Under the pieces are notes generated by a model that was not told where the DNA came from, searched no databases, and saw only the letters and a program-made list of their open reading frames with translations. Shown here piece by piece: positions 24,536 through 36,262 of a stretch of DNA of 64,000 nucleotides (positions within the stretch are counted from its first letter, which is position 1; every line of letters starts with the position of its first letter). A program made the translations under genes and the position numbers. The DNA comes from Leucoraja erinacea (taxonomy: Eukaryota). Location: the NCBI RefSeq assembly GCF_028641065.1, contig NC_073395.1:29822001-29886000 (forward strand), in the 5' to 3' direction.

Positions 24536-25550
24536 AGCAGTCGGCAATGGATTTATGTCTGAGCTTCACAGGAAATCATCTGAAAGGCCCTAGGCCAAAG
24601 GACTCTGGGATATGGCAGCAGCTGTTTTAAGTGCTGCCTGCGTATTGTTATGGTATCACTGAATATAATAATTTATGATATGTTTGCCAATAATGAGTTT
24701 AGATTTTCAATATAATTAATATTAATACATTGGACAGTAGAATCTTTCAATTTTGATAGCAATCGTATAATACTTTGAGTAAATGAGGAACACATCAGGC
24801 CATTGTTTCCCACATCCATCCTAAATATGTTTGTTAATTCCCAATTTGCACTGTACCTAACAGCACAGAGAGATTCAGTAAACACCATATTGCGTGAAGT
24901 GCCTTCTTCGTACATGTAGCGATTCAATCACATTTTGCAAACTGCAGGGACTGCAAATTTTCATGAAATAGAAATTGTGAGACTTGTAACACTGAACCGG
25001 TGTCTCACGGGATCTCTCGATTAGCTGAGCATGAAATCCATTTGGATTGCCAAATAAAGCCTGGCCTACCTCTTAAAGGGAAAGTGCATTCCTTGGTGTG
25101 GGCTAAAAATAATAGATCCCATGAAAACAAAAACAAAGCATTTAACTATTGTCTCTAGATTCCCTGTAGAATCTAGAGGCAATAGGCCAACAGGAAGAAA
25201 GATACCTTCTTACAGAAGTCAGAAACATTCTCTCATCTCCTAGAAAGAGAGGTGATGGAGCATATATTAACGGCGGTAAAGTGATGTTCAAACAGCTGGT
25301 AATTAAAGATTTAATTGCCTCATCTGGATCACCACAGTAAAAGTCGATTTCATGTTTGGCCACAGATTTCCACTCACTTCACACTTTAACCTCGGTGATC
25401 TTGGATAGATAATATGAGTGTGATAGTCTTTCCTGTATCTTGTGCAAAAAGCCTAATTGAGAAAAGTATTGAGATATGCCATGTGCAAATCCTGTAAAAG
25501 CTTGGGGTCTGTAACATGTAAATACAGGGTAACCTTTAAGAACTTGTAAG

Positions 25551-25815
25551 GGGGGCACAATGGTGCAGCGGTAGAATTGCTGCATTACAGCATCAGAGAT
25601 CCTGGTGCTCCGGTGTCCTCCCACATTCTAAAGACGTGCAGGTTTGTAGGTTGTGTAAGAAGGAACTGCAGATGGTGGAGCAACTCAGCAGGTGGGGTAG
25701 CATCTCTGCAGAAAAGGAGCAGCTGATATTTAGGGTCGAGACCTTTCATCATGTCAGGTTTGTAGGTTAATTGGCTTCTTTAAATAGTTTCTGGAGTGTA
25801 GGGTAGAACTAGTGT
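25551..25815 (+). mobile_element. HE1/V-SINE fragment interrupted by a PLE unit
   Basis: tRNA-like head and V-domain TGCTCCGG...CCTCCCACA; resumes after 25754. Confidence 0.7.
25653..25754 (-). mobile_element. Short PLE-derived unit
   Basis: 14-bp TSD CAGGTTTGTAGGTT (25639-25652, 25755-25768). Confidence 0.78.
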
Positions 25816-26370
25816 TTACCTCCCGACTAAAGTGGAAAGTTTGATTTTAACTGTTTTTTGGGGCTTAATTTCTGATGAAAACAAGTTGAATTGGCTTTAT
25901 GTGCCAAAGCAATTTAATACTGTTCATTTTCTGCTGGAGGTTGGAAGATGGAGACTTTTGAGGAGACATTCTAATAGCACAAGGAGACATTCGAAGAGCT
26001 TTGCCAAAATTGCATGAACATCATATGATGTTATTTAGGTGAATTCTTGAACTCCACTTGAAAATAACAAGACAGAGTGCCTTGTTACTCTTTGTGAGAC
26101 ACCTAATTAAAGTTATTGCAATAAAAAAATAAACAGAGTAAAGCCCTGATAATCCACAGGTGCTGCTACAATGGGAAAAAGTCCAAGTGGATATCCTATT
26201 GAATGTTTTTCCAATTAATATTCCAACATACTTAGCATTCATATTTTTTTAGATGCTACATAATATTTTAATTAATTTTCCAGTGAAACCTCCTGCAGCA
26301 AATGAACAACATTAAATTATTTATACATTATTCAAAACCTCAGTAAAGACAGATTTATTTTTGATATATT

Positions 26371-26676
26371 AGGTGACACAGTGGCGTAGTGATAGAGCTG
26401 CTGCCTTACAGCGTCAGAGACCCGGATTCAATCCTGACTATTGGTGCCGTCTGTAAGGAGTTTGAATGATTTCTCTGTGACCTCATGAGCTTTCTCCGTG
26501 TGCTCCGGTTTCCTCCCACACTCCAAAGACGTACAGGTTTTTAGATGAATTGACTTCGGTAAAATTATAAATTGTCTCTAGTGTGTTGGATAATGCTCGT
26601 GTATATGGTGATCGTTGGTTGGCGTGGACTCGATGGGCTGAAGGGCTTGTGTCCGATCTGCATCTCTAAAGTCTAC
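26371..26676 (+). mobile_element. Full-length tRNA-derived HE1/V-SINE
   Basis: A-box TGGCGTAGTGAT, B-box GGATTCAATCC, V-domain TGCTCCGGTTTCCTCCCACACTCCAAAGAC, CR1-type tail GGGCTGAAGGGCTTGT. Confidence 0.85.
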
Positions 26677-27466
26677 AGATAGAATATGAGACCAAATGCT
26701 ATGCACCAAAGTGCCTTGCGACCTCTTCACATAGAAATAGAATTCATCCCCTTAACAACCCATTGGGTGGTCATTCCTGGCACTGGCTTCATTTCCTTTA
26801 ATAGGGCAGATATCCCAAAAGACAAACTGGAAGAATTCTATTGTAGACTATAAACATTGAGAAACTTAGCTGCATTAAGGTTTTTTTTGGCTCAAGCATT
26901 TGCTAATGATCAGGCCAAGTACATGTCCATTCTGCAGGTCTCTCCACTGAGCTTCCACTAACTCACCCATGACTGGTACTAATACTACTACTTCCTGCTG
27001 TAAGGGATGATCGATAGTGTCCACTCTCCATGGGGCTGAAGGTGCAATGAAACAGAGTCTGATGCAGCTTAGAAGGATTCATTCGCCTGCTCTTCCCTTC
27101 CAGCCCTGCAAATTATTCCCCTTCATGTATTTATCCAATTCTCTTTTGGAAGTTACAAACAAATATTGCTTCAGACCAAGCATCTCAGATCAAAACAACT
27201 CAATAAAGGACTTCTGCCTCTGGGCAAGAGAACTTGCTTTACTGCACCGATGGCTGAATGCTTCACATTCTTGTTGGGCTTCTATTATAATAGCCAAGAA
27301 CTGTTTCAAGCAAGGTTATCTCTTTATTTAATTCTCATTGCTTTACATTTGTTTGATCCGAATTAACATTTTATTTTTGCATTCTTACTCTAGGACTGGA
27401 AAACGTACCAGTAAAAATATAGCTTGACAAGGATACTAACACTTGAATTGTATGATTACTGTACAT

Positions 27467-27730
27467 GTGGCACAGTAGTGCAGCCAGCAGAGCTTCTGCC
27501 TCATGGCACCAGAGATCTGTGTTCAATTCTGACCTCTGTCTACAATATGTGGAGTTTGCACTCTCCTTGTGTCTGCATTGTTTGCTTGTTTTGGGCACTC
27601 TGGTTTCCTCATACTTCCCAAAGACAATTGGGTTGATCGACCTCTGTGTATCACCCTAGTGTACAGGTGAGTGGTAGAATCTGAGGGGAGTTGATGAGAA
27701 TGTGGAGCCTTGGGGTAGTGTAAGTGACTG
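27467..27730 (+). mobile_element. Older V-SINE copy
   Basis: Degenerate A/B boxes and V-domain. Confidence 0.65.
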
Positions 27731-27889
27731 CTCTGCATTGTAAACATGGAGCAAAATAGTATGAATGCGCCAAAATACTTGAGTATCTCAGCTTTGTATT
27801 TAAAATACGTTGAGAGATTAACCTTATAAATTAATGTGTTACAGCAACCTATTGAGATGAGTATAAGATAGAAGAATACTATTGTACTG

Positions 27890-28312
27890 ATAAGTGTGCA
27901 GGTGAGATTCACTGAGATGTTGCCTGGAATAGAATATTATGCTCTGAGGTTGATGAACTAGGTTTGTTTGAGCAAAGGAGATTGAAGGGGACCCATAGAG
28001 GAGCACAGCATTATGAGAGGTATTATAGGGTAGATGGTAAAAAACCTTTCACCATAAATAGAGGTGTCTAAAATCAGCAGGCACATGCTTAACGTGAGGA
28101 ATTGTGGGTAAGTGGGGATCTGAGGAAAATTATTTTCATCCAGATGTTGGTTGTGATTTGGAACACATGCTTGATAAGGTGGAGGGGCCAAAATAGTTAA
28201 AAGGAAACCTTCTAGATGAGCACTTGAATCACCAAAGCCTAATAGACTACAGGCTAAGTGATGGCAAATGGGATTGGTCAGCTGAAGGGCTAATTTCTGT
28301 GTTGTATGACTG
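27890..28312 (+). mobile_element. Old CR1 3' fragment
   Basis: Degenerate similarity to other CR1 3' ends in the window. Confidence 0.6.
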
Positions 28313-28595
28313 TGAGAAGACTTCATATCAAAATATAAAGATAAAAATACTGTATCAAAATGATTTTGACAACAGAACTTGGCAATCCTGGGTAACAAAA
28401 GAACTAGGAATGGGTTAAACAGCATGTTGCTGGCTGGGCATCCCTGAACTGATAACAAAATGTGTTTACAAAGAAACCAAATGTTCCTGCTTTGAATGCA
28501 TTCATCATAGCACGGTTTTCAAGATTGTGCGAGTTTCAGAAGGCTCTTATCATTCAATCTTCTCCCAAAAACCATTTGCATAGTGCTCAGTGTAA

Positions 28596-28713
28596 AATTT
28601 GAAGTGATCGACCAAAATCAGTCAATCAGTCAATCATTAAATTTTAAATTTAATGCAAATTGACTTAAAAATTAATGTTTTGACTGTTTGATTTTGCTCG
28701 ATCATTTCAGATT
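28596..28713. repeat. AT-rich imperfect palindrome (about 50-bp arms)
   Basis: AATTTGAAGTGATCGACCAAAATCA pairs with TGATTTTGCTCGATCATTTCAGATT; inner arms also pair. Confidence 0.75.
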
Positions 28714-28989
28714 CATTTTAACAAATTAGTTACGCTCAAATATGTCCATGGAAATATTCTTTATGTATATAGGAATGGTAACTTGATGGAAATGTATTAA
28801 TATAGATGAAAATGGGTTTGTTAAAAATGTGAGCAAATCAATCAATGTTTTGAAAGCATGACCAGGAAGAAGCCTGAAAATGGGTTTTTAAAAGACATAT
28901 AGAACCATCGACTGCTAACATTGGTGTAGAAAGGTATGGACTCATTTCTCAGTTTCTAAGTTAACGAATAACCTAGCGGTGGCTCAGCG

Positions 28990-29278
28990 GGTGCGGTGTG
29001 ATGGAGCAGCTGTAGAGTTGCTGCCTTACAGCGCTTTAAGCGCCAGAGACCTGGGTTCAATCCTGACATCGGATGCTGTCTGTACAGAGTTTGTATGTTC
29101 TCCCCGTGACCGCATAGGTTTTCTCTGAGATCTTCAGTTTCCTCCCACACTCTAAAAACGTACAGGTGTGTAAGTTACTTGGCTTAGTATAAATCGTCCC
29201 TAGTGTGTGTAGGTTAGTGTTATTGTGCGGGGATCGCTGGTTGGCGCGGACATGGTGGGCCAAAGGGCCTGTTTCCGT
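28990..29278 (+). mobile_element. HE1/V-SINE
   Basis: Same family as 26371-26676. Confidence 0.82.
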
Positions 29279-29398
29279 TGAAATGCGTATGAGATATGTT
29301 GGAGCTTCCGGTGTTGGACCTTTTAAACCAACCTAAAAGATTCTATAAACTCATTTCACGCTAAGACTAATTTGTGAATCAAATTAATTAATCCTTTG

Positions 29399-29617
29399 TT
29401 TAAGAAGGAACTGTAGATGCTGGCAAATCAAAGGTAGACAAAAATGCTGGAGAAACCCAGTGGGTGAGGCAGCATCTATGGAGCGAAGGAAATGGGCAAC
29501 ATTTTGGGTCGAAACCCTTCTTCAGAAAAAGGGCTTGACCCGAAGCGTTGCCTATTTCCTTCGCTCCATAGATGCTGCCTCATCCGCTGCGTTTCTCCAG
29601 CATTTTTGTCTACCTTC
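29399..29617. mobile_element. Palindromic dimer of the PLE/hammerhead unit with a single TSD
   Basis: About 90-bp inverted arms around 29525; ATTAATCCTTTG at 29387-29398 and 29618-29629. Confidence 0.85.
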
Positions 29618-30577
29618 ATTAATCCTTTGCAGTGACTTGGTTACTATTGACCAAACTCCTGTCCAGTAACAAAATAAAAATGCCCCAGGGCATTTTAAAA
29701 GTTCATAATTGGACAAAGTCCATTCTCCAATTACAACTGATTAGTGCATAGATTCAATAAAAGTTATACAATGGATGTTACGCATTTTACAATAGAAAAA
29801 TGAACTCAGTTTTAGGCTCCATCTATCAGAACCTCTGAAAGTGTGACTGAGATGGAGCAGCTTTCTCGCCCAATATCAGCACAACTTCAAGGAAGTTTTC
29901 GAAATTATTCGGAGAAGGAACAAACTCATCGTTTCTACCTGCTTGTTTCTGTTTGGCCAGAAAGAATAAAGTGCACTTTGCTCCCTTGGAATTCTCCAGC
30001 CATAAAGGGTAACTTCCATACAAGTTGAGAACAGAATCGAATGAACTTTGAGTCTCGTTTCTATGGCAATGTTTTTCAGGTACTGATGTGAATATTTGTG
30101 ATTCTTGTTTTAAAGGAATTAATTTTGCCTGGGTTTTATAGTTTGAGACTAGATGGACTGTCGTGGAAGATTCAATTGACATTTCATTTCGGAAGGTTGA
30201 ATTGGGATTTGTAATGGTAGATCAGGAAAGGGACAATTGAAGTTCACAGATTCTTGGTTGAAAACAGCTCTCTCTAAATTGTCGTCTGTTGACGAGTCAG
30301 TTATATTTCTGATGGTAAACAGTATTCCCTGATTATAGCATTTTTTTGTCTTCACTATTTCCTTAATTGGGAAAATAAAATGTTTAAAAGATATTTCATG
30401 CCAGCTTCCTGTATGGGAAGATACGGTGTCACTTGAATGCACAGGGCCATGGAAGACAATATGAACTGATGTGAACCAGTCATAGCCCTGCCGATTCCTT
30501 TTTACATGCTCTGTGAGTAGTGAGGATTTATTTTCTTTGCCTTTGCACATTATATTCAAACCGACCTTCTTTTCAAG

Positions 30578-30658
30578 CACACCTTTGAATGCATCCAAAT
30601 ATAAATCGTCCCAGATATACGAGCAGATGTGCGGTATGAGCGAGGAAGTGCTGACAAG
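30578..30658 (+). other. Candidate 81-nt symmetric (phase 2) exon, TPLNASKYKSSQIYEQMCGMSEEVLT
   Basis: CTTCTTTTCAAG| acceptor, AAG|GTAACC donor, one open frame, locally CpG-retaining; protein not recognised. Confidence 0.3.
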
Positions 30659-31918
30659 GTAACCAGGTCATTCATTCTATACAGGTAAAAAGTTGGACCA
30701 GTTCAATTGTGACCTTTAATCAGAACTGATGATACTTCTTAAGGAGGTTGTACATTAAATATTGACCTATTCTCTTTCAGATGCAAATTTGAATACAGTG
30801 CAATGCCAGCACTTTTAGACCTTCTTTAGATTTCCAGTATTTGTAGTGTTTCTTCTTATCTCAACTGATAAAAATCACATTGTAAATGTTTGATACCCAA
30901 ACCCAACTTGAATGCCTCATGTGAATTAGCTTCTACTTTTCAAGACAGCTCACTTAAAAATCCAAATCCTGCCAGTAAAACTGAACATTTTTTTATTTCA
31001 ACGAGTGTGCATTTTTCATTCTTCTTTTGTATTATGTACAAGATTGAATGGCTTTGCTTATGATACTTCAGCAGTTTCTGTGGGAAGAATGTAAAGGGAA
31101 GTATTATAAAATTTGCAGATAGTGAATTTCCCCACACAACACTTATCTTTATTACTAATGACAAGTTGATAAAATTTGCACTTATTTTTGCATGATATTT
31201 TATTAACTTCTACCCACACTCTGCGATATCAAGGCACCTACCCATCTATTTTAAAATGGACTGTCTTCTAAATTGGAGATGGCACCAGTAATGAACAAGA
31301 ACATCATAATAAACTCCAGTAAGAATGATATAGATAGATGAAGTTACTTTATTGTGCAGTTTATATGTTGATGAGTTGAGGCACATTAGATGCAAGCATT
31401 CATCTTGTCATAGGAAAATGGTTTTGCTTGTCAAAATAACGATAGTTCTAAGTACATGGTAGAATTCACCACTGCACAATTTCCCCAGAGGAAATTAGTA
31501 ATATGGTCACTTTTAATTGATGAGCCATTTTATGTTGTAAATTATTTAGCTCTTTGCAAAGATGCCATTCTCATTGAGTCGGCCTAATTTTTAGGTCATA
31601 CATTGATTGTATAGCTGACACTAATATTATAGATGAGGAGAGAAGCCTCCCAACTGTGATGTTTTCCACATTCAATAAGAATAATCAAACAAATTAACAT
31701 AAAATATAATATGTTAAACATGCAGTGTGCCTCTGTTAGTACCTACTAGGGTGATGGGGAGAAGGCAAGAGCATGGGGTTGGGAAGGAAAGATAGATCAG
31801 CCGTGATTGAATTGTGGGTTAGACGATGGTCCGAACTTATGAATCACAGAGATGGAAAATTGTCTTCAATGGATTTGCCACCTGAGATACACCCATTCCG
31901 ACTTAAATTTTCATTCAA

Positions 31919-33184
31919 TCTAAATTACTAAAAGTTTGATCTTGACCACTTCCTGTTGTTCTGTATATTAATTTTAGAAAAAAACGCTGCCATTTACGGC
32001 TGTGATTTTTGGCCATCTTACTCAGAGACCCCACCGTTGTGCATGACAAGAGGATTTTTCCCATTGATGAAAAATAAAAGAGTTATTAGTGTTTAAAAAA
32101 ATGTTGAGATTCTCTCTCCTGAAGGCCACACCCCTTCCAGAGGGACTATAAAACCCAGAAGTGTGGAGGTGCCTCATTTCTCTGCAAGATGGGGGGGGGC
32201 AAGAGGTCACAATTCTCAGTCTGAGCTGTGAATAACACTATAACACTGAAAACGAGTCTACTAAATTGTAAGTGGTTTTACTGACCTGTCAGTGTCCTTA
32301 ATGTGGTTTGAAAATGTGGTTTCAAAATGCAAAAGTGTGTTTTTGTTTGAAAGTGCTAAAGCAAGCCGTGTTGCCTTTGGTTTTGAAAGTGCTAAAGCGA
32401 TCTGCCTTGCCTAATTAGATCTGCCTTGCCTAATTAGATCCGCCTTGCCTAATTAGAGCTGCCTTGCCTAATTAGAGCTGCTTTGTCATCTCTATAATTA
32501 AAATCTATTCTTGTCCACATCCTGTTTGCGCTTTAAATTGATTTTAGAAAAAATGCTACCACGTACGACTGATTTTGGCCATCTTACTCAGAGTCCCCCT
32601 CCACTCATCAGGTGCAGAGGATTTTTCCCATCGATGAAAGATAAGAGTTATTAATGTTTAAAAAATGTTGAGATTCTCTCTCCTGTCAATGACGACATGA
32701 AGCCACGCCTTTTCTGGTGGGAGGTGGGGAGGGACAATAAAACCCGGAAGTTTGGCGTGGCTCAGTCTGTGCAAGATGGGGGAGGGAGAGGTCAAGACTC
32801 ACTGTCTTTAGTGGCCTTGCACCCAGCTTGAAATGATATGAAACTGCACTTGAATTTGGTGCCCTTGCACCCTGCTTGAAATGGAATTTCAAGGAATAGC
32901 CATGAGTCAACTGCGAGCCCACCAGGCATGAGTGAGTGAGCTGCCAGCACAACAGGCTTGAGTGACTGAGCCGCCAGCCCAAGAATCCTTTTGGCCCACA
33001 ATGTCCTTTCTAGCCCAATGGAAACCAGTCCCTTCAGCGTACAACAACCATACTAGCGCTCCAGAAAGCCCCTCCCCCCCCTCTCTGGCCGTCATTATTG
33101 GAATTGGAGGAGAGGTGGAATATTGCGTTGGGGGACCAGCCCTCTCGTATGATGCTGGGACCCAACAGGTCCCACTTAGTCTAG
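31919..33184 (+). mobile_element. Non-autonomous Helitron, copy 2
   Basis: A|TCTAAATTACTAAAAG 5' end; GGGACCCAACAGGTCCC hairpin then CTAG|T; full-length homology to 17093-18280. Confidence 0.88.
32399..32485 (+). repeat. 19-bp tandem repeat inside the Helitron (about 4.5 copies)
   Basis: GATCTGCCTTGCCTAATTA units. Confidence 0.9.
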
Positions 33185-33667
33185 TCTATAATAAAAGTCA
33201 GGTGAAGGGGCTTGGACATGAAGGTTAACTGTTTCTCTCTCTCCATAGATCCTGCTTTACCTTCTAGATATTTCTTGCATTTTCTGTTTTTATTCCAAAT
33301 TTCCAGCAACTGCAGTTTTTTTTTTGGAACATTAATTAATTAGATTGGATGCAATTATAGGTAACTTACATTAATTGGCTTGGTAAATTTGTAAATTGTC
33401 CTTTGTGTGTATGCGTGTAAGATAGCATTAGTGTGCGGGGATCGCTGGCAGGCCCATATGAAGCTTTTCAAAAAGGGGGTGGCATGACACGATTACAAAA
33501 AACTTAATGTGAAATAGTGTGTGTGCTGCGCACATTATGAGTGCGAAGCATGAAGTCCCTCAATGCCAGGGTGCAGGGCCCACTTAAAGGCCCTGGAAGC
33601 TCAGGAGTTTTAGATGCTCTCTGATCCATTCTGAGCCTTGTTTTGGAGCATTTTTGCACCAAATTTG

Positions 33668-33937
33668 TGACCAATATTTCAGAAATTAACAGGAATCTGA
33701 GAGGTAGCCTTTTCACTCAAAGGGTGCTGGGTGTATGTAACGAGCTGCCAGAGGAGGTAGTTAAGGCTGGGACTATCCTAATGTTTAAGAGACATTTGGA
33801 CACGTACATGGACAGGACAGATTTAGATGGATTTGGGCCAAATGCGTGTGAGTGGGACTAGTTTAGATGGGACATGTCGGTCGGTGTGGGCAAGTTGGGC
33901 TGAAGGGCCTGTTTCCACACTGCATCATTCTATGACT
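33668..33937 (+). mobile_element. CR1 3' fragment
   Basis: FTQRVLGVCNELPEEVV remnant and 3' UTR. Confidence 0.8.
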
Positions 33938-34063
33938 AAAAAGTGAAGAAGAAAAATGCATGTAGATAAGTAGAGCAGATTTGAAAGAGGAGTGAAATGT
34001 AAAGGTTAATGGGTGGAAAGGAGGGGGGAGAGTGGGCTTGGGCAGATGGGTGAAGGGAAAATT

Positions 34064-34285
34064 GTCACAAAGTGCTGGAGTAACTCAGTGGGTCAGGCAG
34101 CATCTGCGGAGAATATGAATAGGCGACATTTCACAGAGTGCTGGAGTAACTCAGCGAGTCAGGCAGCATCTGTGGAGAACATGGATAGGTGGCATGTCAC
34201 AGAGTGCTGGAGTAACTCAGTGGGTCAGGCAGCATCTCTGGAGAAAAGGTATAGATTATAGTTCGGGTCAAGACCGTTCTTCAGT
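34064..34285 (-). repeat. Three tandem 66-bp units derived from the PLE pseudo-LTR
   Basis: TCACA(A/G)AGTGCTGGAGTAACTCAG at 34065, 34131 and 34197; degenerate hammerhead core at the right end. Confidence 0.85.
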
Positions 34286-34469
34286 AATATTCATGATGTG
34301 CCATGCATAGACATTCCTGAATGTTACCCAAACCATCGTGAGCTACTTTGTTACGGTGCTTGCCCTCTCCTATAACGTCTCTGCTGCCTTGGGTGATGCA
34401 GGACAGGACACAAGCTTTGGGACACGGTGTGAAGCTGTTGCCGTCTGTCCCAGCCTGGTAAAAACCTGG

Positions 34470-35703
34470 ATGGAGTGGATTTGGAGAGGATGTTTCCACT
34501 AGTGGGAGAGTCTAGGACCAGTGGCCACAGCCTCAGAATTAAAAGGCATTCCTTTAGGAAGGAGATGAGCAGGAATTTCTTAAGTCAGAGGGTGGTGAAC
34601 TGTGGAATTCATTGCCACAGACAGCTGTGGAGGTCAAGTCAATGGACATTTTTCAGGAGGAGATTGATAGATTATTGATTGATACGGGTGTCAGAGGTAA
34701 TGGGGAGAAGGCAGGAGAATGGGTTTGAGAGGGAAAGATAGAGTCATAGAGTGATACAGTGTGGCAACAGGCCCTTCGGCCCAGCATGTCCCATCTGCAC
34801 TAGTCCCACCTGCCCACGTTTGATCCATATCCCTCCGAACCTGTCCTATCCATGTACCTGTCTATAATTGTTTCTTAAAAGTTGGGATAGACCCAGCATC
34901 AGCTACCTCCTCTGGCAGATTGTTCCATACACCTACCACCCTTTGTGCGAAAAACATACCCCACAGATTCCTATTAAATCTTTTGCCCTTCACCTTAAAC
35001 ATATGTCCTCTGCTCCTCGATTCACTTACTCTGGGCAAAAGACTCAACCATATCTACGCAAATCATGATTTTATACACCTCTATTAGATTATCCCTCATC
35101 CTCCTGTGCTCCATTAAATAGAGTCCCAGCCTACTCAACCTCTCCCTATAGCTCTGGCCCTCTAGTCCTGGCAACATCCTCATAAATCTTCACTGTACCC
35201 TTTCCAGTTTGATGACATCTTTCCTATAACATGGTGCCCAGAACTGAATACAATACTCTGAATGCGGCCTCACCAACTTCTTATGCAACTGCAACATGAC
35301 CTCCCAACTTCTATACTCAGCCTGATCCGCTGAGTTACTCCAGCACTCTGTGAAACGTCACAGAACAGGGCAAGATTAGCAAGTTTGCTGATGATACAGA
35401 AGTGAGTGGTTTTGCAGATAGTGAAGATGGTTGTGAAAGATTGCAGCAGGATCTGGATCAATCAGCCAGGTGGGCAGAGGAATGGTTGATGGTTGCATGG
35501 TTCCTTGAAGGTCGTGTCGCAGGTATATCAGGTGGTCAAAAAGTATTTTGGCACTTTGGCCTTCATCAGTCAGAGTATTGAGTATAGAGGTTGGGAGGTC
35601 ATGTTGCAGTTGTATAAGACGTTGGTGAGGCCGCATTTAGAATATTGTGTTCTATTCTGGGCACCATGTTATAGGAAAGATGTCAAACTGAAAAGAGTAC
35701 AGA
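34470..35703. mobile_element. Cluster of CR1 fragments (+ 34470-34742, - 34743-35318, + 35365-35703)
   Basis: SKFADDT and [13 protein letters not shown] remnants and 3' UTRs. Confidence 0.78.
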
Positions 35704-35704
35704 T

Positions 35705-36262
35705 ATCCCCATCCTGGATCGGTCCAATCAGGGTTGTGTCATCCGCAAACTTGAGAAACTTGACAGAGGTGTCTGTGGAGGTGCAGTCATTGGGTGTGAA
35801 GTGGTGATTGGAGTGGGGTGGGTGTAGAAGGGCCCAGTCTTTGGTCAGACTGTGAGTGGGTGTGAAGTGTTGGGTGGGGTGGGAAAGGGTCCACTCTTTT
35901 CATACTGGAGTATTGCCCTAAGTAGGTGTGAAGTGGTGAATGGGAAGGAGAGGGTGCAGGGTCCATTCTTTGCAGACTGGGGTCTGGTTGTGTTTGTTGG
36001 GGAAGGGGTACCAGGGTTACGTTTCAGATTTTCAAGCCTGCAGTAAAACTCATTCAGGCCGTTCGTCATGATGATTGTCCAAAGAGCGGGGGGGCTTTCC
36101 TCTTATAGCTGGTGATTTCTTGCATTCCCTTCCAAACTGAAGAAGTGTCATTAGCTGAGAATTTGCTACTCAACTTCTCAGAGTACCTTTCCTTGGCAGC
36201 TCTGATTCCTCTTCTCAGCTCTTTATCGATTAGGCTATCTTTTAACTCTTTAACGATTAGGC
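35705..36262 (-). mobile_element. Rex1/Babar LINE internal fragments
   Basis: KFADDTTLIG remnant; AKERYSEKL...SVWKGMQEITSYK and LNEFYCRLE motifs. Confidence 0.75.

Noticed and set aside
34064-34285. CRISPR-like array (also the 19-bp repeats at 32399)
   Set aside because: Contiguous tandem units without unique spacers, eukaryotic TE context, no cas genes
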